Shown piece by piece: positions 12,737 to 26,169 of a stretch of DNA of 64,000 nt. Both the position numbers and the translations under genes were made by a program. Origin of the DNA: Octopus vulgaris (Eukaryota); assembly GCA_951406725.2 (NCBI GenBank), contig OX597820.1, positions 111,476,001-111,540,000 on the forward strand, given 5' to 3'. How positions within the stretch are numbered: position 1 is the stretch's first letter; every line of letters starts with the position of its first letter. The notes below the pieces were generated by a model that was not told the origin of the DNA, did not search any database, and saw only the letters and a program-made list of their open reading frames with translations.

Positions 12737-12798
12737 CACATATCACACTGTGATTTCGTAATCGGTGCAGTATTATGCACTCTTTACTCTTCAGTATA
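12737..12798 (-). ncRNA. Type I hammerhead ribozyme motif in a short (TA)n-flanked PLE-type tail
   Basis: Minus strand: TATA-CTGAAGA-GTAA[..GTGCA TAATAC TGCAC..]TTAC-GAAA-TCAC AGT GTGA-TA-TGTG. Core intact, 5-bp stem III, AUA cleavage triplet, weak stem I with G.U pairs. Confidence 0.75.
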
Positions 12799-12879
12799 TG
12801 TATATATATATATATATACACAGAGTGAGAGAGAGTGTGGTAAATGTATAAAAATGGGTTAAGAACTGCCTATATAAAA

Positions 12880-14349
12880 AAAGAAAATTAATGTGTTGGC
12901 TGCCAGAAAATCTATCATAAAGTTTGATAATAAGTTGTGGGTCTGTAAAGACACACCAGATGGTTTTGATGTTACAATGGGAAGTTCTGATTCAGCACAA
13001 GTAGCTGATTTAGTTTGTATATATATATACTTTTTGAAATGGCAGAACAGTTCCCAAACATAAATGGAGGTCTATATCGTGATGATTGTTTACCTTCAAA
13101 ATGTTTCTAACCAAAAAGTACAAAAGGTTAAGAATAGTTTAGTTAAGTTTTTCCATGGAATGGGCTTAGGTATCGTTTTTGATGATAATGTAACAAAAGT
13201 CAACTTTTTAGATATTACACTTAACTTACACAATAATTTGTACTTCCCATACCACAAACCATTGACCAATCTTAAGTACATTAGCAAATTTAGTAATCAT
13301 TCTAGGGCAATTACTAGGAACTTAGTTAAGAATATTTCATTTAGATTGTCTTAGTTATCTGCTAATATTGACATTTTCAATGATAACGCTGAATTTTATA
13401 ACTCTGCCTTACTTAAAGCAGGTTATACAGAGAAAGTTACCTACATTAATTCCATTCATCTTATTCTACCTTTACTAATGGAGACATGAAATCTAGTTGT
13501 AAGGATATAAATGATATCAATTTTAATTTATACGCCAACACCAAACAGAGGAATGGAGATAACCCTTATTTAACCCCCTTTTTTTCATTCTAAAGGTAAA
13601 TCTATGTCTTTCAAAGATAGTTACACTAAAAATAAGGCAACTAATAGTAAAACTATTTGGTTAATTATTCCTTACGGGAGGCAAATTAAATCTAATCTTC
13701 CTTTGCAGTTTTGTGAAGCTATTATTAGGAATTTTCCAAAGAATTCTAGGTATTACTCTATTATCAAATCACAAACAGTTAGGATTGATTTTTCCAACAC
13801 AAAAAATCTCTTACAAATTATCTCCTCACATAATATTAGTCTGTTAAATAGGGATACATTTACTAATACTAACATTAATTTAGCTAATACCATCCATCCC
13901 CCTAGAAATATTAATAACAAGGTTATTGTATCTGAAGTCAATTCCAACAGAATCAAGTTTATGTCAAGTAACTCTAAAATTAAAAATTCTATATACCAGT
14001 GTAAAATTACTTCAGGTAATGATGTAATTTTTATATAGGCAGTTCATCTCCTCAGTTATCTAAAAGAATTTCTAATCATTACTCTACATTGAGGGATAGG
14101 AATAGACATAACAGTTCAGGGCTTAGTAAATTAATTTGGTATCTAAAAGACCACAATAAACAATTTAATTTGGATTGGTTGATTCTCTCAATTTCGATCC
14201 CTTATGATAAAGGCAAGGAATTCTGTCTTCACTGTAATTCTGAACTATTTTTTATTCTTTTTTCTAAAAATCTCCTTGCAAACACGGTTATAGAGTGTGC
14301 ATACCGATGTAAACATTGGCAGAAATATGCCTTTAGTTCATATAAATGA
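12880..14349 (+). mobile_element. Penelope-like retroelement (Naiad-type), 5'-truncated RT + GIY-YIG pseudogene
   Basis: Across frameshifts: FDVTMGSSDSAQVADLV..GGLYRDDCL..VNFLDITLNL..PYHKP..SNH..IISSHN..IYQCKI..IGSS..KRISNH..CLHCNSE..CKH. Motif order and the FDVTMGS/GLYRDD signatures fit Naiad PLEs. Flanked by (TA)n. Confidence 0.8.
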
Positions 14350-14631
14350 TATCTATCATTTTATATAATTTAAACATTAATTTTCTTCTTACATTTCACA
14401 TTCACTAGATATATCTTTTTCTAAGACTTTAGGGTTTTATTTAATTTACACATTGTTATATACTTCTCATTTGGTTTTTTTCTTTCCTTTGCCCCTCCTC
14501 TTTCTCTAGGCTACCTTTGACGTTATATCCTCTAACGTCTTTTTACAAAAACTTAATAGCGTTCAGTTTATCACTATATATATCCATCATATTCTGTTAA
14601 AATGTCTTATTGACAAGTTTCAATTCTTCAT

Positions 14632-14716
14632 TTCCCTGAAGAGAAGATTACATTGTTTTACACCATTTTATTCCTTTGAAATAATATCAGTGATATCTTC
14701 GAAACATGTGTCGGAA
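14632..14716 (+). ncRNA. Type I hammerhead ribozyme in the 3' terminal repeat of the Naiad PLE
   Basis: TTCC-CTGAAGA-GAAGAT[46 nt]ATCTTC-GAAAC-ATGT-GTC-GGAA. Canonical core; predicted GUC cleavage after 14712; palindromic ACATGT at stem III. Confidence 0.85.
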
Positions 14717-14788
14717 GTAAAAGAATTTGAATAACAACTGCGTTTAACTCCATTTATATATATATATAATGATGTGTGTGTGTGTGTA

Positions 14789-14822
<34 letters not shown>

Positions 14823-14879
14823 CATGTATGTATAGATATATATATGCACAATTGTTATTCATTAACAAGAACAGTATTG

Positions 14880-16150
14880 AGAGTGACTTGGAAGTTCTGG
14901 CTAGTTAAACCATCATCAGTCCAAAGGTATTGATTAATCCTTCAGTTTAATGTAAGACTGTTTTTATTATAACATAAAAAGAAATTTGATCCAGAAGTTT
15001 GATTCCTCTAGAGTTGGTTCTCTCTTAAGTATCCCCTTAGCTCTTGTAGCAGTTTATGATGGTACTGCTATGCCAGTCATTGGGTATAACATTCTTCTGA
15101 ATGACTTGATTAACTATCTAGGTGATAATCTTGCACTTCCCCACATATACGAAGTGTCTCTGCAACTATCCCTGACGAACCCACAGCTTTCCCCTTCTTC
15201 ATAACCTTGATCTTTTTATCTAATACACTGCTGTCAACTTGATTTGTTAGCTCCTCTATTGGGTCAGAACAGTGTAAGCCCTGTTTATCTCATGCATTCC
15301 CCACATTCTGTAATCTGCCTTGGTAGCACTTCCATACCAGTCTCTTTCATTCCATATCAATAGAGAGCTTGCTGTCATTATTTCAAACACACTTCTTACC
15401 AATGACACCTTGATAACAATCCTGAATACTTCCAGTCTCTGATCTTCCTGTTACAGGATGTGCAAATCTCTTCTTTTTGCTTCACCTTTAACCAAGTACA
15501 CCTGATGCCTAGATGCCTTTCTTGTCATTAAGTCCCTATCACCATCATTCTTCCAGTTTTCCCACACTTATCTCTTGGCCTTGACTGCCCTATCAACCTT
15601 ATCATTCCACCACTATGCTACTTTTGACTCAGCTGGCACTCTTCTCCAACCACATGTCAGATATGTAACCCATAGCAGATTATCTTATAAAATCTCCAAT
15701 TGATGTCTATGCTACATTTAATTAAATCTTCTCCTTTATAGACATGCACATCACTTAGAATTTCTCTAAACCAGTTCTCAATTGCTGGATCTTTTAATTT
15801 TCAAAGTTTCCTTCTCTGTGCTGGGGTTTTTTTTTTTGTGTCCACTAAGCTCTGGTACAGAAGTCATTAACCTATGCTGCATAGTGCATTCTTTGCTAGG
15901 AAAGGTTTTGTATTCACAATAATAGTTCTATCCTGTTGTCTGATGAGAATGTAATCTATCTGTGTATTCGCCATATTTGTAGGTGATATGGTGGTTGGAT
16001 AGTTCCTTAAAGAGTGCGTTGCAAATTGTTAGAACAGTTGCATCACAAATCTTCAGAAGCTTTATATCTGCCTCATTTCTTAAGCCATGGCCATAGCCTG
16101 CATGTACATCATCAAAGCCATTTAATGTTCATTGATGTCGCCTGTTTTGA
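14880..16150 (-). mobile_element. RTE LINE endonuclease/linker fragment, decayed
   Basis: Minus-strand remnants GDINEH (GDFNGH), GFDDVHAGYGHG, HITYK and TQIDYILIRQQDR. Confidence 0.7.
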
Positions 16151-16153
16151 TAA

Positions 16154-16342
16154 TGTAGTCTCTATGTATAAGGCGGAGTGCATTGTGACCGAACCAGAGA
16201 TGAACAGAAGAAAGTGTTAAGAAAGAAATTTAAATGTGTCAACAGCTAAGGAAGGAAAGAGAAAGAAAAGCCAAATATTTCATTAAAGTGGGAGTGGAGT
16301 TGACGTTTGTGCAGACAACTCCAGGCACTTGGAAACACTACA
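16154..16342 (+). mobile_element. Possible LTR remnant
   Basis: TGTAGT...ACTACA inverted ends, internal ATTAAA, followed by TGATGCT (degenerate PBS-like). No partner LTR was seen. Confidence 0.25.
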
Positions 16343-17648
16343 TGATGCTCCACAAATAGTTTTCTACATTCACAGAGCAGTTTATCTCTCTTCCCAGGTG
16401 GAAATTATCAATATTGTTCACTGTAAATTGCCAACATCAAATATATTATGTCCAGGAATAAATATTACAGTTAAGTGTTCATGAGTTTGCTCCAGTTTTT
16501 ATTCATGCAACCAGCAACCACTTTCCACATGTACACAACAGCAATGTTGAGATAATGTTCATACAACAATGATAATTAAGTCATCTACTTTGACAATGGT
16601 GACTCAGACATTTGAAGTATATCATCATTAACCAGTTCAACTCAAGCAACAAGCAAACCACATGACTCAAGAAAAGGCCAGTAAAATCACAATACTGGTG
16701 ACAACTGACATTCATCTTCTTGACATTTGCTGCTGTCCAGACACAAGAAAAGGCCAACAAAAACCGTGGCAATAGTGATCTGATTCATCAACCTCAAGAA
16801 CATCAAATCATTCCTACCACTACCAACAATAGTGTATAAAGATCAAATGAGCAGATGTCAAAAGCTAATAACTTTATCACCACAATACCTACCTCTTTAA
16901 GGTATAATACTGATTGCATCTAGTAATGGCTTAGCTGTATTTTTACATGCATTGAATACAGAATAAATACTGAAAGAATGTCTATGTAACAATGATAAGT
17001 TCGTAAAATATGCAGTTTTCTGCATAGTGAGAGGTGAGGTGCATAAATCAATTTGCTGCCCTCAACACTCTGTGATGAGTTAAGTGCCAAATTGTTTTTA
17101 TAAGGTGTTAAGGGGCCAAATTCTAGAACATCTGAGAAAGGTGTATCATGCCACAGCTTCATGCCGATTGATTGATTTCTAGATCAATCATGTGAAACTG
17201 TGGTGGTTTTCTTATAAGGCCTAACTGATTGTCTAGCAGTTAGGGTTTGAATCACCTCTATACTATTAGTCATAATACTAACATTAAGTGAATGAATAAA
17301 AGAATAGATGAAAATTTTAATTGTAGGGAAAAGCTACATATTGTATCTTATCTGTAAGAGTCCATCATTGAATGAGTATTCATACAAGCCATGTAACAGA
17401 GTTTGAAAAGTAATAAGACAAAGAGTTTAGCATATGTATTATGGAGGTACAAAAATCAAACTATATGTATATACTTATATATGATGGTTCATTTCAGATT
17501 CTTTCTACTAAATCCACTAACAAGGCTTTGGTTGGCTTATGGCTGTAGTACAAAACATTTGCCTAAGATGCCACACAGTGGATTGAACTCAAAATTACAT
17601 GGTTGGAAATCAAACTTCTCAACCACACATCCCTGCCTGTGCCTGTGC

Positions 17649-17695
<47 letters not shown>

Positions 17696-18813
17696 TGTGT
17701 GTGTGAGAGAGAGAGATCTTTAATATATTTATGATTTGCTTGATTGACTTTGCAGTCACTGACTATTTTTACCCTCCCCCCTCCTCTTTTTTTTTCCTCC
17801 TCTGTTGTTGTCTTGTGTATCCTATTGTCTTTCATATCTCACACCATTCAGCTATTGCTCTTATTGCTGCTAACAGAGATATTGTTTTTTTTCTTCTAAA
17901 GAATGTTTGATGTTTGTGAAATGTGTCATAGTGTCTGTATCTGCTTTATATAATTCTAGATCAATGAGCCCATATATTGATAGTCAAAGCATATGTCATA
18001 CTTGAAAATGAAGCCTAAAGCCAACCCAGAATATTTGAAAATGTTACAAGGCTACAATGTCAATGATGAATAATATAGTTAATTTGTCTATTGATGATTA
18101 AAAAACAATTAGAGCATATAAGTGAAGAAAATGTAAGTTAATTCCTCAATTCATCTATGTGGAAACAGTGATCACATACAACTATGCTGAATTGCGATCT
18201 CAACCAATGACAAATCATAATAATTGAATTATGTTTTAAGAAATAACATTAAACAGGAGATAAACTCTCTGTATAGATAAATCAACATTAATTACACATA
18301 AATCAACATTACAATAATGTATTTTAGTCATTCTTAATGTGTTCTGGCAGATTCAAACATAAATATGCTGATCACTGTTGTATTTTATCATCGGCAATGT
18401 GACACATGATTCAGTTTCTCTCAACCACGTCTGCCCACAAGGCTTTGTCAATTCAAAGCTATAGCATGAGGTACTAACCCAAGATGGTGCACAATCAGAC
18501 TCATGAATTCTGAGTATTTATCGATTCCAAAGACAACCTCATTTGAACCTTTGGGGTGGTATCCAGCAATTTGGGAGTCTCTGATTTAGAGTAAAAGGTA
18601 AGATTTAGATTCCATGGAACAAACTTCAGAATTTGGACTCAAGTTCTAGTTAATTTCTTTTTACTCCCTTCATCTATTTAGATACTGACAAGTTGGCTCA
18701 GTTGGTTATGGTTCCATGCTAATAATGTACATGTCACAGATTTGTGACACCAAACTGAGAGAGAGAGAGAGAAAGAGAGAAGAATCAATGAATATAATAA
18801 CTAAAGATGCAGT

Positions 18814-19275
18814 ACAGTTCTATATTTAAGAGACGAGGAATTATGTACATTATTTACATTATTTACATTCGACAGATATTTGTCCTCATCTTGTTTGTTG
18901 TTAACACAATGTTTTAGCTGATATACCCTCCAGCCTTCTTCGGGTGTCTTGGGGGAAATTTTGAACCTGGGTTTTCATTCCTAAGGTATTTTTCGGTGTT
19001 ATTATTATTATTGTTGTTGTTGTTGTTGTTCAGGTCACTGCTTGGAATTGAACTCAGAATCTTGGGGTTAGTAGCCCGCACTCTTAACCACTACACCACT
19101 CTGAAAAGATACAAAAGATATGTGGCCCATACGACATCAGGACAGTATTCAAGAGTAATACAACACTTCGCAAATATATCCTTTGAGTAAAACCAATAGA
19201 AAAGAATATGACCAAAGACTGCATGTATTCTATCCCATGCAGCTGTGGACAAATATCCATCGAATGTAAATAATG
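18814..19275. mobile_element. Poseidon-like PLE insertion: inverted tRNA-headed terminal repeat + GIY-YIG ORF fragment + terminal-repeat 3' piece
   Basis: 18814-19098 is a minus copy of the 3505-3783 unit. 19100-19250 (+) reads SEKIQKICGPYDIRTVFKSNTTLRKYIL*VKPIEKNMTKDCMYSIPCSCG. A perfect 12-bp direct repeat TAAAGATGCAGT lies at 18802-18813 and 19276-19287. Confidence 0.8.
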
Positions 19276-19667
19276 TAAAGATGCAGTGTTGTCACAATCT
19301 TTGCAACAATTTATATTGTTCTTTCTCCCTTCCATCTCCATATCACTCTCACCCTCTCAACTTTCTAGTCTTTCTCTTGCATGTTAACATTAACACCCAC
19401 TCTTACTCAGCCTCTCACCTCTCAGAACCTTCTGCCTTACAATCTGTCTCTCTTTCTCTCTCTCTCACCCATTACAACTCCAAGTTAGCTTCATCTCACT
19501 CATATTTCATTCCTACTCTCTGATATTTCAGTATAAACTTCATCGTCACAAGTACCAACACCATTAACCACTACCATCTCTTATTTTTATTTTCTTTAAC
19601 TTTCTCCACTTGCTATTATCTTGACCATAGTTGTGTATTCAATTTAACACATAAAAAAGAATGTTCT

Positions 19668-19705
<38 letters not shown>

Positions 19706-22242
19706 GAGATTCTGTCTGTTTGTTTGTACTACAAAATGAAAGTAAATGGTTCAGGGGAAGCTATTATGCTTTTTATATATATATGAAATCGAAATTCTGT
19801 CTCTTTCTCTGGCAAAATGTAAGTAACTAGTTCAGGGGAAGCTATTATGCTCTTGCCTAATTTATCTCAACAAAAATTATGCAATGGTACAACCCTAATT
19901 GTGCACAAACATATGAGGAAGTGCACTAAGGCAAATGCACCCTGAAATAAAACAAAAAACATTGTTTATAAAGAAATTTTCACTTTTAATGCAACATGAA
20001 TACTTCAATAACTAAATTTGCCATTACTATCATTACATTCAAGAATGACTAAATTACCTATTTAAATAAACTGAAGAGTGTAGACTCGAAGCGTAAAAGA
20101 CTTTCTCACTTTCCCGAATGTCAAACTAATACACCTGCTTGTTGTTATATAAATATGTATTAGGACATATATATATGCAGAGTTGGGTATAAGTCTGTTA
20201 ATCTGTTAATCCTTAATTAATGAAGTTAACATTTTCGTTAATGATTTAACTTTTTAAGTTAACTTCAAAAATCATTATCAGACTAATTAACTTCCATTAT
20301 ATCTAGCTTCCTTAAATCAAGTTCGTTAACCCCAAAATTTCATAAAAACCAGTAAACATTTAAAAGATGCTATTGTTTTCAGATTGTCTTAGCATATTTA
20401 ATTATCCCATCTGGGATAATCAAACAGGTAAGATGCATTAAGAATTTCAATTTTAGTTTTTATCCATAGAGTTATTGCTTTTACACCTGTTAATTAAATT
20501 TACCTGCTCCTAAAAGTTAAATTTTCACACCAAGATCAGCAAAAATTACATAACTATAAACCAGTGGTATATAAAGCATCCACTGACAAGATTTCAAATC
20601 TGTATGTAAAAAATTTACAAAGTTACAAGCAAATATTGTGGATACCTGAATAATTCAAAATAATGTGACAGATTAATATGAACACTAAAGATGTTTTAAG
20701 GTGTTTTTTTTTCTTACACCTACACATAACATGGCCTTGCTTTGTTAGGATTACATGTGTGTTACTTTGACATCATCATTCCATAAAATTTATTTATGGG
20801 GAGAAAAATATTGAAAAATATCAATAGATGTGTGAGTGAGAAAGATACGAGGAGGGAGGTTTTGGGATGTGCTAGAAATAACAGCCAGATCTCCCTTAAA
20901 TCCCACATTTTCCTCTGAAATTATTAACAATATTTTTAAAAACAAAAAATATTTTTCTCATAGGTTTTAAGTGCATAGTGAAAAAAAATATGGCCAAAAT
21001 CATTTCAGACTAGGGTGGTGAGGGGGTGGCGGGAGTGAAATAAATAAATTTTCAAAATTTGCTTCTGTTTTTTTTTGTTCGTGAAAAGATGCCTCCCATC
21101 ATTCTGAAGACTTTGGTGAAAAACATTGAAAAAATTCCCATCAAAACGGAGAAATCCCAACTTATGTGGGCCATCTGATCCGAAACTCTGTTTTCCAGGA
21201 ACTCCCCTTCCCTGCCCCCTCCCCAAAATTTTGCCTACTGATTTCTTTGTAATCGTAAAGGTATTTGTATAAAATTTCATTAAAAAAATACCTATTTTCC
21301 AGAAAGTTATGGGGGGTGGGGAAATAATTGAACTATTCACACATATTGATATAATTCTGATAATAGATAAAGGTATTGTCAAAATTGCAGAAAGTAGGCA
21401 GAAGTATACATGCAAACACACAATTACACAATCTATGTAGTTACATATAAACATTTAGGTACATTTCATATACTTTCACTTCAAATCAAAACAGGAGGGT
21501 GAGTCATTGTAAAATGAATTTGAAGTAGTCATATTCACATGAATCTACAATGCAAATTATTATTTATGAAAAGGTGTTGCTTGCCAACTGCATGTCAGGT
21601 GTACAAGAAAACGGAATAGTTTAGTTGGTTATGATTATTTTAAAATTACAGTGCCTTACAGACCTTGTGTACCCCTGCAATTTCTCTTGCATATCCTTAG
21701 GGGTACATGTACCCTGATCCCAGAACATCTGTGTTAATATTTTATTGTTATATTGACATTTTTTTAACAAGAATGCATTGTGTATTAATAAGAGGTGTAA
21801 TAAATGTGTTTTCATTTTAAATATGGCATTTTAAAGGGCACTGAATAATAGTTTCTGATTTAGGCACAAGGCCAACAATTTTGTGGAGATGGAATTTATT
21901 TGATATTTTCAATTCCTGTATTTAACTGGTACCTTATTTTATTGACCTTGAAAGGACAAAAAGGCAAAATTAACCTCAACCAGATTTGAACTCAGAATTT
22001 AGAGTTGGAACAAATACTGCAAAGCATTTTATCGCATGTGATAATGATTCTGCCAGCACACTGCCCTTATAGCAAGCCCTGTCACTAAGGGGGTGCACTG
22101 GATGGCACTGCACCCTCACTATTCAATGGTGCACCCTCAGATTTAGTGATACACTTATTTCAAAACTCTACTTTAGCATTATTACAAATTAGTGCCCACA
22201 CAGAATTTTCTGAAGCACCTACTGGTGACAGGCCTACTTTAT

Positions 22243-22800
22243 ATCATCATCATCGTTTAATGTCCGCTTTCCATGCTAGCATAGGTTGGACGATTTTGAC
22301 TGAGGGCTGGTGAACCAGATGGCCGCACTAGGCTCCAATCTTGATTTGGCAGAGTTTCTACAGCTGGATGCCGTTCCTAACGCCAACCACACCGAGAGTG
22401 TAGTGGGTGCTTTTTATGTGTCACTGGCACGGGGCCAGTCAAGCAGTACTGGCAACAACCTCGCTCGAATCCTTTTACACATGCCACCAGCACAGGTGTC
22501 AGTAAGGTGACATTAGTAATGATCACGCTTGAATGGTGCCCTTTTACGTGCCACTGGCATGGAATCAGTTGGCTGCTCTGGCAATGATCATGCTCGGATG
22601 GTGCTCTTGGCACCCTACTAGCACAGGTACAAGTGCCAGTAAGGCGACGCTGGTAACAATCACGCTCGAATGGTGCCCTTTTACGTGCCACTGGCACAGA
22701 AGCCGGTTAGCCGCTCAGTCAATGATCACGCTAGTATGGTGCTCTTTGCACCCTGCTAGCACAGATGCCAGTCATCGAATTTGATTTTGATTTTGCTTTT
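22243..22800 (-). mobile_element. RTE-tail retroposon with an internal tandem duplication
   Basis: (CAT)n-CGTTTAATGTCCGCTTTCCATGCTAGC..; internal ATCACGCT(T/C)GAATGGTGCCCTTTTACGTGCCACTGGCA is repeated. Confidence 0.75.
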
Positions 22801-22984
22801 GATTTTGATTGATTTATAGTTACTGTAAAGTTGTTTCAAATAATGGTACAAGGCCTGCAATTTTTAGGTAGAGGAGATTAGTCAGTACTGTTGACTCCAG
22901 TCTGGTATTTTATTTTATCGACCCCCAAAAAGACAAGGGGCAAACTGAATATCAATGAGATTTTCACTTAGAACGTAAGGAGCC

Positions 22985-23520
22985 TGAAGAAATGCTACTA
23001 CATTTGTAATTATTTCTGTCTAAGGCATCACCTATACCTTTGTAGTAGTTGACAATAATGTTGCTACACCAGTCATTGGGTATGACTCTCTCATGGACAA
23101 CCTGGTTCATTATACCGTCCATATCCCACTTTGTGAGATATTTTAAGCATTTCAACAGTGATTCCTGTTGAGTCAGGCGTTTTCTCTGTCTTATCTTTAA
23201 TTGCTTTATCTACCAAGCTATTGTTAATTTGGATAGCTGTTGGATCCACATTATGTAGATTTAACTTCTCCCATGAGTTCTTCACATTTAGCAGCCTTTC
23301 ATAGTAGCACTTTGAAGTTTCTTTCTTTGCAGAATCATTAAGTGCAAGTGAACCATTATCAATGAGAACGCACTTCTCTTCAACATAATTTTCTCTGACA
23401 CAGTCTTGAAACATTTCAGGCCTCTAATCCTCATGCCACAGAATATTGGCAAACTTCTACCTTTCTGCTTCTCCCCTAGCTAAATATACATGTCTCCTAG
23501 CCCTTCTAGCTACCTGATAT
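22985..23520 (-). mobile_element. RTE LINE fragment (pre-RT region)
   Basis: EKCVLIDNGSLALNDSAKKE..YYERLLNV..IPNDWCSNIIVNYYKGIGDALDRNNY. Confidence 0.75.
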
Positions 23521-23736
23521 ATTTATTATTATAAATATAAATACTGCTGATGTCATAAGAATTCATAAATTTTTGAGAGAATGTGAAATAATTTTTTTAT
23601 GGAACTAAGTCTCAAAGCACATAAAGTTACAAATAATAGCATGTAAATATTAGGTTGAAAAATTCTTTTGGACATGTTTACAGATGTGAGTTCAAATCCT
23701 GCAGGGATCTTTTTCAATCCATTCATAGGTTTATAT

Positions 23737-23953
23737 ACTCTTTTACTTGTTTCAGTCATTTGACTTCGGCCATGCTGGAGCACCGCCTTTAGTCGAGCAA
23801 ATCGACCCCGGGACTTATTCTTAGTAAGCCCAGTATTTATTCTATCGGCCTCTTTTGCCGAACCGCTAAGTGACGGGGACGTAAACACACCAGCATCGGT
23901 TGTCAAGCAATGCTAGGGGGATAAACACAGACACACAAACATATACACACACA

Positions 23954-23988
<35 letters not shown>

Positions 23989-24148
23989 GACAGGCTTCTT
24001 TCAGTTTCCGTCTACCAAATCCACTCACAAGGCATTGGTCAGCCTGGGGCTATAGCAGAAGACACTCGCCCAAGATGCCACGCAGTGGGACTGAACCCGG
24101 AACCATGTGGTTGGTTAGCAAGCTACTTACCACACAGCCACTCCTGCA
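23737..24148 (-). mobile_element. Young full-length tRNA-derived SINE
   Basis: Minus strand: GCAGGAGTGGCTGTGTGGTAAGTAGC (A box), GGTTCAGTCCC (B box), core, internal (TA)n, tail ..GAAACAAGTAAAAGAGT. CpGs are retained. Confidence 0.85.
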
Positions 24149-24364
24149 GCCCATCTTAAATTCCTACACAGACACACACATATATATATATAAATATATA
24201 TATGTATACGATGGGCTTCTTTCAGTTTCCGTCTACCAAATCCACACACAAGGCTTTGGTCAGCCCAAGGCTATAGTAGAAGACACTCGCCCAAGGTGCC
24301 ACACAGTGGGACTGAACCCGGAACCATGTAATTGGTAAGCAAGCTACTTATTCTATTCTGAACT

Positions 24365-24636
24365 TTGCCCAGTCTATCCTTATCTATCTATGCTCTCACC
24401 AACCTCTCATCTATCCTTAGTTTCCACATTGACCACCAGATAAGGGAGCGGAGGACCCTGTCAAAAGCCTTCTCCATGTCAACAAAAGCCAAGTGCAAAA
24501 ATTTATTTTTGGCTAGGTACTTCTGCAGCTGTCTCACCAGAAATATAGCATTAGTGGTGCTTCTCTCTGATACAAAACCAAACTGCATCTCATCTAGACT
24601 ATCTTCCTAATTAGTTGGGCTATGACCCTCACTGTA
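24365..24636 (-). mobile_element. RTE LINE RT fragment
   Basis: MQFGFVSERSTTNAIFLVRQLQKYLAKNKFLHLAFVDMEKAFDRV. Confidence 0.85.
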
Positions 24637-26169
24637 ACACACACGCACACACTTGTTAACATCATACAAATTTGATTAACTTTAGAGAGAATGTGAAATA
24701 ATTCTTTTTTGGAATAATGAATCTGAAAGCAAACATAAAGCTATGCACAGTAGCATGTAAATATTGAGTACTGAACTTAAAACCATGTGGTTGGGAAGCA
24801 AACTTCTTAACATGAGATTTGGCTGCTATTTCTAGCAGGCTAAGCGACCATGTAGTGTAGAAGATCTCAAATGTTGTGCTGCAGTGGGTATCTAGATATA
24901 CTGGGAATTTAAAAAAATATAATTCTAGACTATCCACACTAATGATTGTGTATCAATATGTAGAACTATGTAAGTCATAATTTTGTAATATACAACTAGA
25001 GAGCCGCAGCCATCACCAGTGAACAAGTTATGGTTTGGTAACATGTATGACGCTTTCATGAATTATTTTAGGTGCCTATATGGTTGTGAGCAGACATAGG
25101 CACCCCCTTATTCTCCTAATCTTTGACCATTCAAAGAAAATGGTGGGTGGTTAAGAAGTTTACTTCTCAACTATATAGTTTCTGGCTCAGTCCCATTTGA
25201 GCAAGAGTCTTCTACTGCAACCCCAAGCTGACAAAAAAAGCCTTGTGAGTGGATTTCGAAAGCAGAAACTGAAAGACATCTGTCGTGTGTGTGTGTGTGT
25301 GTGTGTGTGCATGTGTGCATGCGTGCACGTGTTTGCATCTCCTTTTCATGGCATCACATGATAGTTATAAATGAACATCACCATCATACAAATAGTTTCC
25401 CTTGTTTCCAGATTGGAGTAGATTTACTAAGTTTGGAATGAAAAGAAAATGTTTGAGGCAAACTTGAATTTTTTTACAGTCAGACTTTTGCTCAAAGAAG
25501 ACAAAAATTGGCTCAATTGTGAAGAACTTGGATTGAAGACATTGACAAGAATAGGAAAGAAGGATGAATTTTGTAGAGAGGATTCAAGTTAAGCTTGGTT
25601 GAACAGACCTATAGCATGCTTCTGCAGCAATACAAAGATGTATTATTCCAGATATACCATGCCTTTTCCTACTTGATGACCATACTGTACAGTTGTTAAG
25701 AGTATGGGATGCAGTTTGACTATCTGAACGTATTGGATTCTCCCCAGTATCCTGTCTATTTCTATAGATATTTTATTTAGCTTTAGGTCAGATGTTATGT
25801 AGCAGATCTATGTTCAAAGTTGTATGTCAGGGGTTACATTGTCTAATCCTTATATTTTAGACAATAGGATGTAACGTAGTTGAGATTTGGCAACAATCTA
25901 TAGTGTGATGCAGTGGACTAGCAGTGTTGTGTTGTATAGTGTGATGCAGTAGTGTAGAAGTGTAAGGTTGTATAGTGTGATGCACTAGTATAGTAGTGTA
26001 GCGCGGGCGGTATTGTGTGAAAGACAGGAAATGTAGTAGTGTCACGCAGTATGTGATGCAGTAGTAGTATAGATGATGCAGCAGTGTAGCTTTGCACTAT
26101 GATGCAGTAGTGTAGCAGAAATATAGTATATTGAGAAGCAATAGAGTTGCAGTATTTTTTTTTACATAA

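Noticed and set aside
13064-14349. Selenoprotein-type Naiad
   Set aside because: The interruptions I traced are a TAG and frameshifts, not in-frame TGA at Cys positions; no SECIS recognised.
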